Below, in pieces: positions 32,240 through 41,322 of a stretch of 64,000 bases of DNA (its first letter is position 1; each line of letters begins with the position of its first letter). Made by a program: the position numbers and the translations under genes. This stretch comes from Chloroflexota bacterium. GTDB taxonomy: Bacteria; Chloroflexota; Limnocylindria; Limnocylindrales; CSP1-4. The notes beneath the pieces are model-generated. The model saw only the letters and a program-made list of their open reading frames with translations, did not search any database and was not told the DNA's origin. The stretch is taken from the NCBI GenBank assembly GCA_017853275.1, contig JAFMJV010000010.1:420-64419 (forward strand), written 5' to 3'.

Positions 32240-33178
32240 TCAGGCCGCCGGGCTGGCGGCGGGCGTCGGCTCCGGTGACTGGCCGGGCGCGAAGGCGGGG
32301 GAGGGGGTCTCCTCGAGCGTCCGCTCCGGGATCCGCGGGTAGCGGTCGATATCGATGACCTGCGGGAGCGGGTTGCCGTAGCGATTGAGGATCCGGTCCA
32401 GCGTCTCGCCGTAGCCGTCCCGGTCCACGACCCGGTTGTCACCCTCGGGGCGCAGGACGAAGGAGAAGGTGACCGGCGAGGAGTCCTCGGCGACGAGCGC
32501 CATCATCTCCTCCGCCTGGTGGAGCTCCGCCTTGAGGACGTAGGCCCCGGCGTCCGGCTCGGCGGCGAGGACCTCGATGTCCTGGAAGACGACCTTGGTC
32601 GACATCCCGGAGGTGAAGCCCTCGTCCGTCGTCCCGTCCACGAGCGCCCCGGTGGGGTCCTCCACGAGGATCCGGATCTTGATGCTCGCGATGACGTCCA
32701 CGCGCTGGCCCGCCTCGACCTTGCCGGCGACCGCGCGCTCACGCGGCACGCTCAGGCTGACCGCGCGCCAGACGGGCGAGTACGGGGAGATCGTCTCCGT
32801 GGGGGCGAGGATGCTGAAGGGGGCGGTGGCGTCGCCGGTCTCGATGAGGTTGAGCGCGATCGGCTGGCCGGCCGCGATCGGGACGGCGGTGACGCGGCCG
32901 GTGACGAGGGCGGGGTCCTCGATCGCGCTCAGGAAGGACGGGTCGTCCGGGACGGTCCGCGCGGCGAGCATCGAGGGGTCGATCACCGTGCGCGCCGGGA
33001 TCTCTGCGGCGGCCACGATGATCCTGCGGGTCGGGACCGGCTCCGGCGCCGTCCCCTGGTCCGTGGGGCGCGAGCCCGAGCTGAGGACGAGGCCGGCGGC
33101 CACGACCGCGAGGAGGATGCCGAGCAGCAGGAGGAGGCGTCGCCGTCGCCGGCCGCCGTCCGAGAACTCCATCTCCAT
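32240..33178 (-). CDS. CpaB/RcpC-like protein (N-terminal TM, SAF domain, beta-clip-like domain); no other tad/cpa genes nearby
   Basis: 312 aa from ATG 33178. 'RRRRRLLLLLGILLAVVAAGLVL' anchor; 'IIVAAAEIPARTVIDPSMLAARTVP...LVTGRVTAVPIAAGQPIALNLI' (SAF-like); Pro-rich tail. Confidence 0.6.
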   Translation of the reverse strand: MEMEFSDGGRRRRRLLLLLGILLAVVAAGLVLSSGSRPTDQGTAPEPVPTRRIIVAAAEIPARTVIDPSMLAARTVPDDPSFLSAIEDPALVTGRVTAVPIAAGQPIALNLIETGDATAPFSILAPTETISPYSPVWRAVSLSVPRERAVAGKVEAGQRVDVIASIKIRILVEDPTGALVDGTTDEGFTSGMSTKVVFQDIEVLAAEPDAGAYVLKAELHQAEEMMALVAEDSSPVTFSFVLRPEGDNRVVDRDGYGETLDRILNRYGNPLPQVIDIDRYPRIPERTLEETPSPAFAPGQSPEPTPAASPAA

Positions 33179-33306
33179 CCGGTCGCGCGCTCCTCGTCTC
33201 TCGGGCCGGCAGGTCACGCCGGCGCCACCGCGAAGGTTGGGGCCTTCCGGACGCGACCGCCATGGCCCGTCCGGCGCGGGCCACCCCGGACCCTCGTCCC
33301 GGTCGC

Positions 33307-33312
33307 ACCCTA
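33307..33312 (-). promoter_or_regulatory. Extended -10 TGcTAGGGT (minus strand) about 130 nt upstream of the cpaB-like ATG
   Basis: The reverse complement of accctagca at 33307-33315. Confidence 0.35.
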
Positions 33313-33354
33313 GCACACCCCCGCGACGCGGTGCGCGCGCCGGGGCAGCGGGAC

Positions 33355-33368
33355 CGAACAGGCGTTCG
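33355..33368. promoter_or_regulatory. Candidate LexA/SOS (Cheo-type) box CGAAC-AGGC-GTTCG upstream of uvrB
   Basis: A perfect inverted repeat ending 21 nt upstream of the uvrB -10 hexamer, so it sits over the -35 position. Confidence 0.6.
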
Positions 33369-33389
33369 GTCTCCCTCGCGGCGGCATGG

Positions 33390-33395
33390 TAGGCT
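33390..33395 (+). promoter_or_regulatory. Extended -10 TGgTAGGCT, 6 nt upstream of the uvrB ATG (candidate leaderless promoter)
   Basis: TG at 33387-33388, hexamer TAGGCT, ATG at 33402. Confidence 0.55.
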
Positions 33396-33401
33396 CCGGC
33401 C

Positions 33402-35780
33402 ATGCCCGACTTCCGGCTCGCCTCGCCCTTCCCGCCGACCGGCGATCAGCCACAGGCGATCGAGAAGCTCGTCACCGGGCTCGCGGAGGGGATGCGCCAC
33501 CAGGTCCTCCTCGGCGCCACCGGGACCGGCAAGACCTTCACGATCGCGAACGTCATCGCGCGCGCCGGGAAGCCGACCCTCGTCCTCGCCCACAACAAGA
33601 CGCTCGCGGCGCAGCTCTACCAGGAGCTCCGCGACTTCTTCCCGGAGAACGCAGTCGAGTACTTCGTCTCCTACTTCGACTACTACCAGCCGGAGGCCTA
33701 CCTCCCGCGGAGCGACACCTACATCGAGAAGGATTCGCAGCGGAACGACGAGATCGACAAGCTCCGCCACGCGGCGACCCGGGCGCTCTTCGAGCGCCGG
33801 GACGTGATCATCGTCGCCTCCGTGAGCTGCATCTACGGCCTCGGTGCCCCGGTCGACTACGGCGCGACGGTCGTGCGCATCCGGAAGGGCGGCCGCTACC
33901 GGCGGGACGGGATCCTCCGCCAGCTCGTGGACCTCCAGTACCAGCGCAACGACCAGGAGCTCCGGCGCGCCCGCTTCCGGGTCCGCGGGGACACCCTGGA
34001 GCTGATGCCGGCGTCCGAGGAGACGGTCGTCCGCGTGGAGCTCTTCGGGGACGAGGTGGAGCGGATCACGGAGGTCGACCCGCTCACCGGCGAGATCGTC
34101 GCGGAGCGGAGCGAGCTGAACGTCTACCCGGCCTCCCACTACGTGACGCCCGCGGACAAGCTCGTCGCGGCGGTCGCGGATATCGAGGCGGAGCTGGAGG
34201 TCCGGGTCGCGGAGCTCCAGGCGAACGGGCGCGTCCTCGAGGCGGAGCGGCTCCGCCAGCGGACGACCTTCGATGTCGAGCTGATGCGCGAGCTCGGCTT
34301 CTGCTCCGGCATCGAGAACTACTCCCGCCACCTCTCCCGGCGTGAGCCCGGCTCGCGTCCGTGGACCCTCCTCGACTACTTCCCGCCGGACTGGCTCCTC
34401 GTCGTGGACGAGAGCCACATGACGATCCCCCAGGTCGTGGGGATGTACAAGAACGACCGGACGCGGAAGGAGGTCCTCGTCGACTTCGGCTTCCGGCTCC
34501 CCTCCGCGCTGGACAACCGGCCGCTCACCTTCGAGGAGTTCGAGACCCACCTCCACCAGGCGATCTTCCTCTCCGCCACGCCGGCAGCGTGGGAGCTGGG
34601 GAAGGCGGAGCAGGTCGTGGAGCAGCTGATCCGGCCGACCGGGATCGTGGATCCGGCGATCTCGATCCGGCCGACGGCGGGCCAGATCGACGACCTCCTC
34701 GAGCGGGTCCGGGAGCGCGTCGCGCGCGGCGAGCGGGTGATCGTGACCACGCTCACGAAGCGGATGGCGGAGCAGCTCGCCGACTACCTCCACGAGATGG
34801 GCGTCAAGGTCTCCTACCTCCACAGCGAGATCGACACGCTCGAGCGGGTCCAGGTCCTGCGCGACCTGCGCCTCGGGGTCTATGACGTCCTCGTGGGGAT
34901 CAACCTCCTGCGCGAGGGGATCGACCTGCCGGAGGTGACCCTCGTCGCGATCCTCGATGCGGACAAGGAGGGCTTCCTGCGCAGCGCCTGGTCGCTCATC
35001 CAGGTCGTCGGCCGGGCAGCGCGGAACACGAACGGCGAGGTCGTGATGTACGCGGACCGGATCACCGATTCGATGCGCCTCGCGATCGACGAGACGGACC
35101 GGCGCCGGGCGATCCAGGCGCGCTGGAACGAGGAGCACGGGATCGTCCCGCGGACGATCGTCAAGGAGATCCGGGACCTCAACGACCGGCTGCGCGCCGT
35201 GGCGGAGGCCCAGCCCGTCTACGGCTCCGGGGCAGGCGAGCTGGCGGGGATGACGGAGGGCGAGGTCGAGAAGCTCGTCGCGCGCCTCGAGGCGGAGATG
35301 CGCAGCGCGGCGAAGGAGCTCGAGTTCGAGCGCGCGGCGGCGATCCGGGACGAGATCCAGTCGATCCGCCTGCGCGTCCTCGGCGACGACCCCGAGGAGC
35401 GCGTCCGCACGGCGGCCGAGGCGGCTGCCGGAGGCGCACGCCGGCCCCGCACGAAGGACGCCGCGCTCCCGCCCTCCCAGCGCCAGGCGGCGAAGTCCGC
35501 CGGGGACCGTGCCGGCCGTCGCGCCGGCGGGGAGGGGAGCGGGAGCCTTCTCGAGGTGACCGAGGTCACCGTCCTCCCGGCCGGGGAGGAGCCGATGGAG
35601 CCCGAGCAGGGGACCGCCGCGGACCTCTTCCCGGGCCTCCGCGACGAGCACGACGACGCGGACGACCCCGCGGCGGCCGCACGGCGCCGCGAGCTTCTCG
35701 AGCGCCCCACCTGGGACGTCCGCGTCACGCCGAACGTGCGCCGCCGGACCGGCGGCCGCAGCGGCCGCCCCCGCCGCTGA
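33402..35780 (+). CDS. uvrB: Excinuclease ABC subunit B with a roughly 130-aa C-terminal tail after the UVR domain
   Basis: '[10 protein letters not shown]', '[14 protein letters not shown]', '[10 protein letters not shown]', '[14 protein letters not shown]', UVR '[17 protein letters not shown]'. Confidence 0.96.
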   Translation: MPDFRLASPFPPTGDQPQAIEKLVTGLAEGMRHQVLLGATGTGKTFTIANVIARAGKPTLVLAHNKTLAAQLYQELRDFFPENAVEYFVSYFDYYQPEAYLPRSDTYIEKDSQRNDEIDKLRHAATRALFERRDVIIVASVSCIYGLGAPVDYGATVVRIRKGGRYRRDGILRQLVDLQYQRNDQELRRARFRVRGDTLELMPASEETVVRVELFGDEVERITEVDPLTGEIVAERSELNVYPASHYVTPADKLVAAVADIEAELEVRVAELQANGRVLEAERLRQRTTFDVELMRELGFCSGIENYSRHLSRREPGSRPWTLLDYFPPDWLLVVDESHMTIPQVVGMYKNDRTRKEVLVDFGFRLPSALDNRPLTFEEFETHLHQAIFLSATPAAWELGKAEQVVEQLIRPTGIVDPAISIRPTAGQIDDLLERVRERVARGERVIVTTLTKRMAEQLADYLHEMGVKVSYLHSEIDTLERVQVLRDLRLGVYDVLVGINLLREGIDLPEVTLVAILDADKEGFLRSAWSLIQVVGRAARNTNGEVVMYADRITDSMRLAIDETDRRRAIQARWNEEHGIVPRTIVKEIRDLNDRLRAVAEAQPVYGSGAGELAGMTEGEVEKLVARLEAEMRSAAKELEFERAAAIRDEIQSIRLRVLGDDPEERVRTAAEAAAGGARRPRTKDAALPPSQRQAAKSAGDRAGRRAGGEGSGSLLEVTEVTVLPAGEEPMEPEQGTAADLFPGLRDEHDDADDPAAAARRRELLERPTWDVRVTPNVRRRTGGRSGRPRR

Positions 35781-35796
35781 CCCGCGGGCTGCAGGG

Positions 35797-35802
35797 TAGA
35801 CT
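35797..35802 (+). promoter_or_regulatory. -10-like hexamer TAGACT, 6 nt upstream of the uvrA GTG (candidate leaderless promoter)
   Basis: Lies in the 28-nt uvrB-uvrA gap. GTG at 35809. Confidence 0.5.
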
Positions 35803-35808
35803 CCGGCC

Positions 35809-38800
35809 GTGCCCCAGGATCGCCTGATCGTTCGCGGCGCGCGCGAGCACAACCTCAAGGACATCTCCGTCGAGCTCCCGCGCGACCGGCTGATCGTCAT
35901 CACCGGCCTCTCGGGGAGCGGCAAGTCGAGCCTCGCCTTCGACACGATCTACGCCGAGGGTCAGCGCCGCTACGTGGAGAGCCTCTCCGCCTACGCGCGC
36001 CAGTTCCTCGGCCAGATGGAGAAGCCGGACGTCGATTCCATCGACGGGCTCTCCCCGGCGATCTCCATCGACCAGAAGGGTGCGAGCCGGAACCCGCGCT
36101 CCACCGTGGGCACCGTGACGGAGGTCTACGACCACCTCCGTCTCCTCTTCGCCCGCGCCGGACGCCCGCACTGCCCGGAGTGCGGCCGCGAGATCGCACG
36201 GATGAGCGTCCAGCAGATCGTGGACCGGATCCTCGGCCTGCCGGACGGGACGCGCCTCCTCGTCCTCGGACCGCTCGTCCGGGACCGGAAGACGGAGGGG
36301 GAGCGGGTCTTCGAGGCGATCCGCAAGCAGCGCCTCCCGCGCGTCCGCGTGGACGGGATCACCTACGACCTGGACGGCGATGACCTGCCAACCCTGGACC
36401 GCTACAAGCGGCACACGATCGAGGCGGTCGTCGACCGGCTGATCGTCCGCGCCACGGACGACGAGGGCCGGCCCTACGGACCGGAGAACCCGTATCCGGA
36501 CCGGGCCCGGGTCGCGGATTCCGTGGAGACCGCGCTCCGGCTCGGGGAGGGCGTGATGGTCGTCGCGCCGATGGACGCGGGCGCCTTCGACGAGCAGCGC
36601 TACAGCGAGCGCTACAGCTGCCCCTTCGACGGCACGACGATCGACGAGCTCGAGCCGCGCAGCTTCTCCTTCAACTCGCCGCACGGCGCCTGCCCGGCGT
36701 GCACCGGCCTCGGGGTGCGCCTCGAGCTCGACCCGGCGCGGATCATCCCGGACACGGGACGGAGCGTGGCGGACGGCGCGGTCGCCCCGTGGCGCGCGCT
36801 GCCGGCCGAGAGCTCCTGGCGTCTGAAGATGACGGCAGCCGTCTTCCGTGCCCACGGCTGGGACGTGAAGGCGCCGGTCCGCGACCTGCCGCCGGAGGCG
36901 CTCCAGTACCTCCTCTACGCGGAGAAGGAGGAGAAGGTCATCGTCCGCTACCGCCACGAGCGGGGCGAGAACTCGTACAAGGCCACCTTCGAGGGCGTGA
37001 TCACGAACCTCGAGCGGCGCTACCGCGAGACCGAGTCCGAGTACATCAAGACCGAGCTCGAGAAGTACATGGTCGAGCGACCCTGCCCGGGCTGCCAGGG
37101 CCGGCGTCTGAAGCCGGAGATCCTCGCGGTCACCGTGGATGAGCGGACGATCGCGGACGTCACCCGTCTCTCCGTCGTGGACGCGCTCACCTGGGCGACC
37201 GGCCTGCCGGAGCGGCTGGGCGAGCGCGAGCGGACGATCGCCCGCCAGGTCCTGAAGGAGATCGTCGCCCGGCTCGGCTTCCTTGTGGACGTGGGCCTCG
37301 ACTACCTCACCCTCGATCGGACGAGCTCCACGCTCTCGGGTGGGGAGGCGCAGCGGATCCGGCTCGCGACGCAGATCGGCTCGAGCCTCGTGGGCGTCCT
37401 CTACATCCTGGACGAGCCCTCGATCGGGCTCCACCAGCGCGACAACGCGAAGCTGATCGCGACGCTCACCCGCCTCCGCGACCTCGGCAACACGCTCCTC
37501 GTCGTGGAGCATGACGAGGAGACGATCCGGACCGCGGATTGGGTCGTGGATATCGGCCCTGCTGCAGGGGAGCACGGCGGCGAGGTCGTGGCGAGCGGAC
37601 CGCTGGAGACGATCCTCGCCGAGCCGCGCTCGATCACCGGTGCCTTCCTGCGCGGCGAGCGTGCCGTTCCCGTGCCGGCCGAGCGCCGCGCGGGGAACGG
37701 GAAGGGGATCCTCGTCCGGCGGGCACGGGAGCACAACCTGCGGGGGGTGGACGTCCGCTTCCCGCTCGGGACCTTCACCGCCGTGACCGGCGTCTCCGGG
37801 TCGGGGAAGAGCACGCTCGTGACGGAGATCCTCTACCGGGCGCTGGCGCGGACGCTCTCCGGAGCGCGCGAGGAGCCGGGTGCCCACGACGGCGTCGATG
37901 GGATCGAGGCGATCGACAAGGTGATCGAGATCGACCAGAGCCCGATCGGCCGGACGCCGCGCTCGAACCCGGCCACCTACACCGGGCTCTTCGGGCCGAT
38001 CCGGGAGCTCTTCGCGGGGGTCCCGGAGGCCCGGGTCCGCGGATATGGCCCCGGCCGCTTCAGCTTCAACGTCAAGGGCGGGCGCTGCGAGGACTGCTCC
38101 GGGGACGGGATCCTGAAGATCGAGATGCAGTTCCTGCCGGACGTCTACGTCCCGTGCGAGGTGTGCGGCGGGAAGCGCTACAACCGCGAGGCGCTGGAGA
38201 TCCTCTACCGCGGCCACTCGATCGCGGACATCCTCGGGATGACCGCCGAGGAGGCGCTCGAGACCTTCGCCGCGGTCCCCTCGATCCGGAACAAGCTGCG
38301 CACCCTCGTGGACGTGGGCCTCGGCTATGTCCGGCTCGGTCAGCCGGCCACCACGCTCTCCGGCGGCGAGGCGCAGCGCGTCAAGCTCGCGACCGAGCTC
38401 TCCCGCCGCTCCACGGGCCGCACGATCTACCTCCTGGACGAGCCGACGACCGGGCTCCACTTCGCGGACGTGGAGAAGCTCCTCCAGGTCCTCCACCGTC
38501 TCGTGGACGCCGGGAACACGGTGATCGTCATCGAGCACAACCTCGATGTGATCAAGACCGCGGATCATGTCATCGACCTCGGTCCGGAGGGTGGGACCCG
38601 CGGCGGCCGGGTCGTCGTCGCCGGGACGCCGGAGGAGGTCGCCGCCACCGCGGGCTCCGCGACCGGGGAGTACCTCGCCCGCGTCCTGGCCGGCGAGCCG
38701 CTCGTCCCGCTCAGCGACGTCTCCTTCGCGGAAGCCGCGGGCCGGCCGAAGCGGCCCGCCCGGATCACGGCCGGGGCACCCGCGCCGCGCAAGCGGGCGA

Positions 38801-38823
38801 GCGCCGCGCGCCGCCAGGGCTGA
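35809..38823 (+). CDS. uvrA: Excinuclease ABC subunit A
   Basis: '[14 protein letters not shown]', '[12 protein letters not shown]', '[11 protein letters not shown]', '[12 protein letters not shown]', Zn modules 'CPECGREI' and 'CEDCSGDG...CEVCGGKRY'. Confidence 0.96.
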   Translation: MPQDRLIVRGAREHNLKDISVELPRDRLIVITGLSGSGKSSLAFDTIYAEGQRRYVESLSAYARQFLGQMEKPDVDSIDGLSPAISIDQKGASRNPRSTVGTVTEVYDHLRLLFARAGRPHCPECGREIARMSVQQIVDRILGLPDGTRLLVLGPLVRDRKTEGERVFEAIRKQRLPRVRVDGITYDLDGDDLPTLDRYKRHTIEAVVDRLIVRATDDEGRPYGPENPYPDRARVADSVETALRLGEGVMVVAPMDAGAFDEQRYSERYSCPFDGTTIDELEPRSFSFNSPHGACPACTGLGVRLELDPARIIPDTGRSVADGAVAPWRALPAESSWRLKMTAAVFRAHGWDVKAPVRDLPPEALQYLLYAEKEEKVIVRYRHERGENSYKATFEGVITNLERRYRETESEYIKTELEKYMVERPCPGCQGRRLKPEILAVTVDERTIADVTRLSVVDALTWATGLPERLGERERTIARQVLKEIVARLGFLVDVGLDYLTLDRTSSTLSGGEAQRIRLATQIGSSLVGVLYILDEPSIGLHQRDNAKLIATLTRLRDLGNTLLVVEHDEETIRTADWVVDIGPAAGEHGGEVVASGPLETILAEPRSITGAFLRGERAVPVPAERRAGNGKGILVRRAREHNLRGVDVRFPLGTFTAVTGVSGSGKSTLVTEILYRALARTLSGAREEPGAHDGVDGIEAIDKVIEIDQSPIGRTPRSNPATYTGLFGPIRELFAGVPEARVRGYGPGRFSFNVKGGRCEDCSGDGILKIEMQFLPDVYVPCEVCGGKRYNREALEILYRGHSIADILGMTAEEALETFAAVPSIRNKLRTLVDVGLGYVRLGQPATTLSGGEAQRVKLATELSRRSTGRTIYLLDEPTTGLHFADVEKLLQVLHRLVDAGNTVIVIEHNLDVIKTADHVIDLGPEGGTRGGRVVVAGTPEEVAATAGSATGEYLARVLAGEPLVPLSDVSFAEAAGRPKRPARITAGAPAPRKRASAARRQG

Positions 38824-41251
38824 CCGGGCGCCGCGCGTCCCCGGGGTGACGATCCGGCGCCGCCGCCTTCCGGGGGTCCGGTCGGCCGACCGGGCGGCCT
38901 CCCGATAGACTCCGCAAGCCCCACCCTCCGCCACAGAGGCCGACCGCATGCTCCCCGGCGTCGACATCGAGCAGCTCATCCTCACGATCGGCCTGGTCGG
39001 CCTCTTCGCGATGGTCTTCGCGGAGTCCGGCCTCTTCTTCGGGTTCTTCCTGCCCGGGGACTCGCTCCTCATCACGGCGGGGGTCCTGTCCGCAGCGGAG
39101 CCGGACCACTTCCCGATCGCCGTCGTCTGCGCCGGCTGCTTCGTGGCGGCGGTCGCCGGGGACGCGGTGGGCTACTGGTCCGGGCGTCGCTTCGGCCGGC
39201 GGCTCTACGAGCGCCCCGAGTCGCGCCTCTTCAAGCGGAGCCACCTGGAGGCCGCCGCGGCGTACTACGAGAAGCACGGCGGCAAGACGATCGTCGTCGC
39301 GCGCTTCATGCCCTTCGTGCGAACCTTCGCGCCGATCGTGGCGGGGACCGCGGGGATGCACTACCGCACCTTCGCCCTCTACAACTTCACGGGGGCGGCG
39401 ATCTGGGCGATCGGCCTCCCGCTCGCCGGGTGGGCCCTCGGCCAGACGATCCCGGCCGAGACGCTGGACAAGTACCTCCTCGTCATCCTCGCGACGGTCG
39501 TCGTCCTCTCGCTCCTGCCGACCTTCATCCACGTGGTCCGCGCGAACCGCGGGGAGATCCGGGCGCGGATCGCCTCGCTGGGGCGCTCCGGGGCTCCGCG
39601 ACCCGGTGACGGAGAGCCCCCGGCCGTCTGACCGGCGGCGGCCCGCCCGGGGAGGCGCGCGTCCGGCCGCGGCCGCCAGCTCGGCCGGGTCGAAGGCCTC
39701 GCGGAGGAAGAGGGAGGGCGCCCACGGGTCGTGGACGAGGGTGAGCGTGCGCCGCGCCCGGGTCCAGGCCACGTAGCAGAGGCGCCGTTCCTCCTCCAGC
39801 GCGCGCTCCGGCTCTGGCGCCTCCGCGACGGAGCGGTCCGAGGGGAAGGTCCCGGCATCCATCCCGATCACCGCCACGTGGTCGAACTCCAGCCCCTTCG
39901 TCCCGTGGACCGTGGCGAGGACGAGACGCGCATCCGGCCGGCGCAGCTCTCCCTCCCGGGCCCGCGCGTCCGTGATCCGGCCCGCCAGCTCCTCGCCGCC
40001 CTCCCGGCCCGCACCCCACGCGGCGAGGAGACGTGCCGAGCGCCCGGCGTCGTCCCGAGTGCGCCCGGCCCGCGCGAGCGCGGCGGACGGACGACCTGCG
40101 ACCGCGGCCTCGATCGCCTCCGGCAGCGCAAGGAGGTCCGGTGGCCCGTGCCATGGGATCCCCCGTTCCAGGGCCAGCGCTGCGAACGGGGCGAGCTCCG
40201 CGTTCGTCCGGGCGAGGACAGCATGGATGCCCTCCCCGTCGGGAAGCCACCGGTCGAGGAGCCGGCGTGCCCGCGCGAGCGGATCGCCGGGGTCCGGGGC
40301 AAGGAGGAGCCGGCCCTCCGCGCGCGGCGAGGGGAGGATCCGCTTGGGGAACCGCTCCCGGCCGTGGGCCACGAGCCGGGCGGCACGGCGGACGACCTCC
40401 GGTGGGCAGCGGTGGTTCGTGACGAGGTCGACCCGGCGGAGTCCCGGCAGGAGGGCCACAAGGCCGAGGATGCGGCGGACGTCCGCGAGACGCCAGGCGT
40501 AGATCGTCTGGTCGTCGTCCCCGACGATGAAGAGGTCGCGCTCCTCTCCGGCGAGGAGGAGGGCGAGGTCGAGCTGGGCGCGGTCGAGATCCTGCGCCTC
40601 GTCGAGGAAGAGGACCCGGCAGCGCGCACGCCAGCGAGCGAGGAGCGCGGGGTCCGTGCGCAGCGCGGGGGCGGCACCCGCGACGAGCTCGTCCAGGTCG
40701 AGGAGGCCGCGCCGGTCGAGGAGGGCGCGATAGGCGGCCCACGCCGCCCGGAGTGGAGGGTCCGCGGGGGCCCGCTCCGGATCGAGGGCGAGGCGCGAGA
40801 AGCCGTCCTCGAGGCGGCGCCGGGCAGCGGGGGAGAGCGGTGTCCCGGCGAGCTCGTCCAGGAGGGTGGTCCGGTCCGCAATCGCCGCCACGTCCCGGCC
40901 GGCGTCACGGAGGATCTCCCGTCCGAGGGCGTGGAAGGTGCGGACCCGCACCGACCCGGGCCGGACCCCGAGCGGCGCGAGGGCCGTCTCCAGCCGCTCC
41001 CGCAGCTCGACGGCCGCGAGGCGGTTGAAGGTGAGGGCGCAGATCGACGCCGGGTCCGCCCCGTGGGCGATCCGCCACGCGATCCGCGCGACGACCGTCG
41101 TCGTCTTCCCCGACCCTGCCGGGGCGACGCACAGGACCGGTCCCGCGGGTGCCGTGGCGGCGGCGCGCTGGTCCGGGGTGAGGGCGGCGAGGCGGGCGCC
41201 GAGCGCGCCGGGAAGGGCGGGATCCACGGCGCTCACGATGAGCCGCCGCAC
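38765..41251 (-). CDS. UvrD/Rep-family helicase (compact, about 525-aa conserved core at 39678-41251) whose ORF continues about 300 codons antisense through dedA
   Basis: '[11 protein letters not shown]', 'LFLDEAQD', '[12 protein letters not shown]', 'TNHRCP', '[13 protein letters not shown]', '[14 protein letters not shown]'. Conservation ends near '...[11 protein letters not shown]' (about 39678). There is no stop in this frame until 38765, and the tail has R/D/E/G shadow-frame composition. Confidence 0.75.
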   Translation of the reverse strand: MRRLIVSAVDPALPGALGARLAALTPDQRAAATAPAGPVLCVAPAGSGKTTTVVARIAWRIAHGADPASICALTFNRLAAVELRERLETALAPLGVRPGSVRVRTFHALGREILRDAGRDVAAIADRTTLLDELAGTPLSPAARRRLEDGFSRLALDPERAPADPPLRAAWAAYRALLDRRGLLDLDELVAGAAPALRTDPALLARWRARCRVLFLDEAQDLDRAQLDLALLLAGEERDLFIVGDDDQTIYAWRLADVRRILGLVALLPGLRRVDLVTNHRCPPEVVRRAARLVAHGRERFPKRILPSPRAEGRLLLAPDPGDPLARARRLLDRWLPDGEGIHAVLARTNAELAPFAALALERGIPWHGPPDLLALPEAIEAAVAGRPSAALARAGRTRDDAGRSARLLAAWGAGREGGEELAGRITDARAREGELRRPDARLVLATVHGTKGLEFDHVAVIGMDAGTFPSDRSVAEAPEPERALEEERRLCYVAWTRARRTLTLVHDPWAPSLFLREAFDPAELAAAAGRAPPRAGRRRSDGRGLSVTGSRSPGAPQRGDPRPDLPAVRADHVDEGRQEREDDDRREDDEEVLVQRLGRDRLAEGPPGEREADRPDRRPREVVEGEGAVVHPRGPRHDRREGSHEGHEARDDDRLAAVLLVVRRGGLQVAPLEEARLGALVEPPAEATPGPVAHRVPGDRRHEAAGADDGDREVVRLRCGQDPRRDEERVPGQEEPEEEAGLREDHREEADQADREDELLDVDAGEHAVGLCGGGWGLRSLSGGRPVGRPDPRKAAAPDRHPGDARRPVSPGGARRSPACAARVPRP
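38906..38911 (+). promoter_or_regulatory. -10-like hexamer TAGACT upstream of dedA
   Basis: About 36 nt before ATG 38948. A 16-nt perfect palindrome ccggtcggccgaccgg (38878-38893) lies at the -35 position. Confidence 0.4.
38948..39631 (+). CDS. DedA family (SNARE-associated) membrane protein
   Basis: '[29 protein letters not shown]', '[26 protein letters not shown]', '[15 protein letters not shown]'. Confidence 0.88.
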   Translation: MLPGVDIEQLILTIGLVGLFAMVFAESGLFFGFFLPGDSLLITAGVLSAAEPDHFPIAVVCAGCFVAAVAGDAVGYWSGRRFGRRLYERPESRLFKRSHLEAAAAYYEKHGGKTIVVARFMPFVRTFAPIVAGTAGMHYRTFALYNFTGAAIWAIGLPLAGWALGQTIPAETLDKYLLVILATVVVLSLLPTFIHVVRANRGEIRARIASLGRSGAPRPGDGEPPAV

Positions 41252-41322
41252 TTCACCCGCCCTTCACCGATCGTGGATGGCGAGGGATCCGGGCCGGCGG
41301 CGTCACCACCGGCCCGGATCGG

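Noticed and set aside
38878-38893. A perfect 16-nt palindrome, ccggtcggccgaccgg, between uvrA and dedA.
   Set aside because: It could be an operator at the dedA -35 position or a weak uvrA terminator (6-bp stem, 4-nt loop). It is a single GC-rich occurrence with no second copy seen, which is too little to call.
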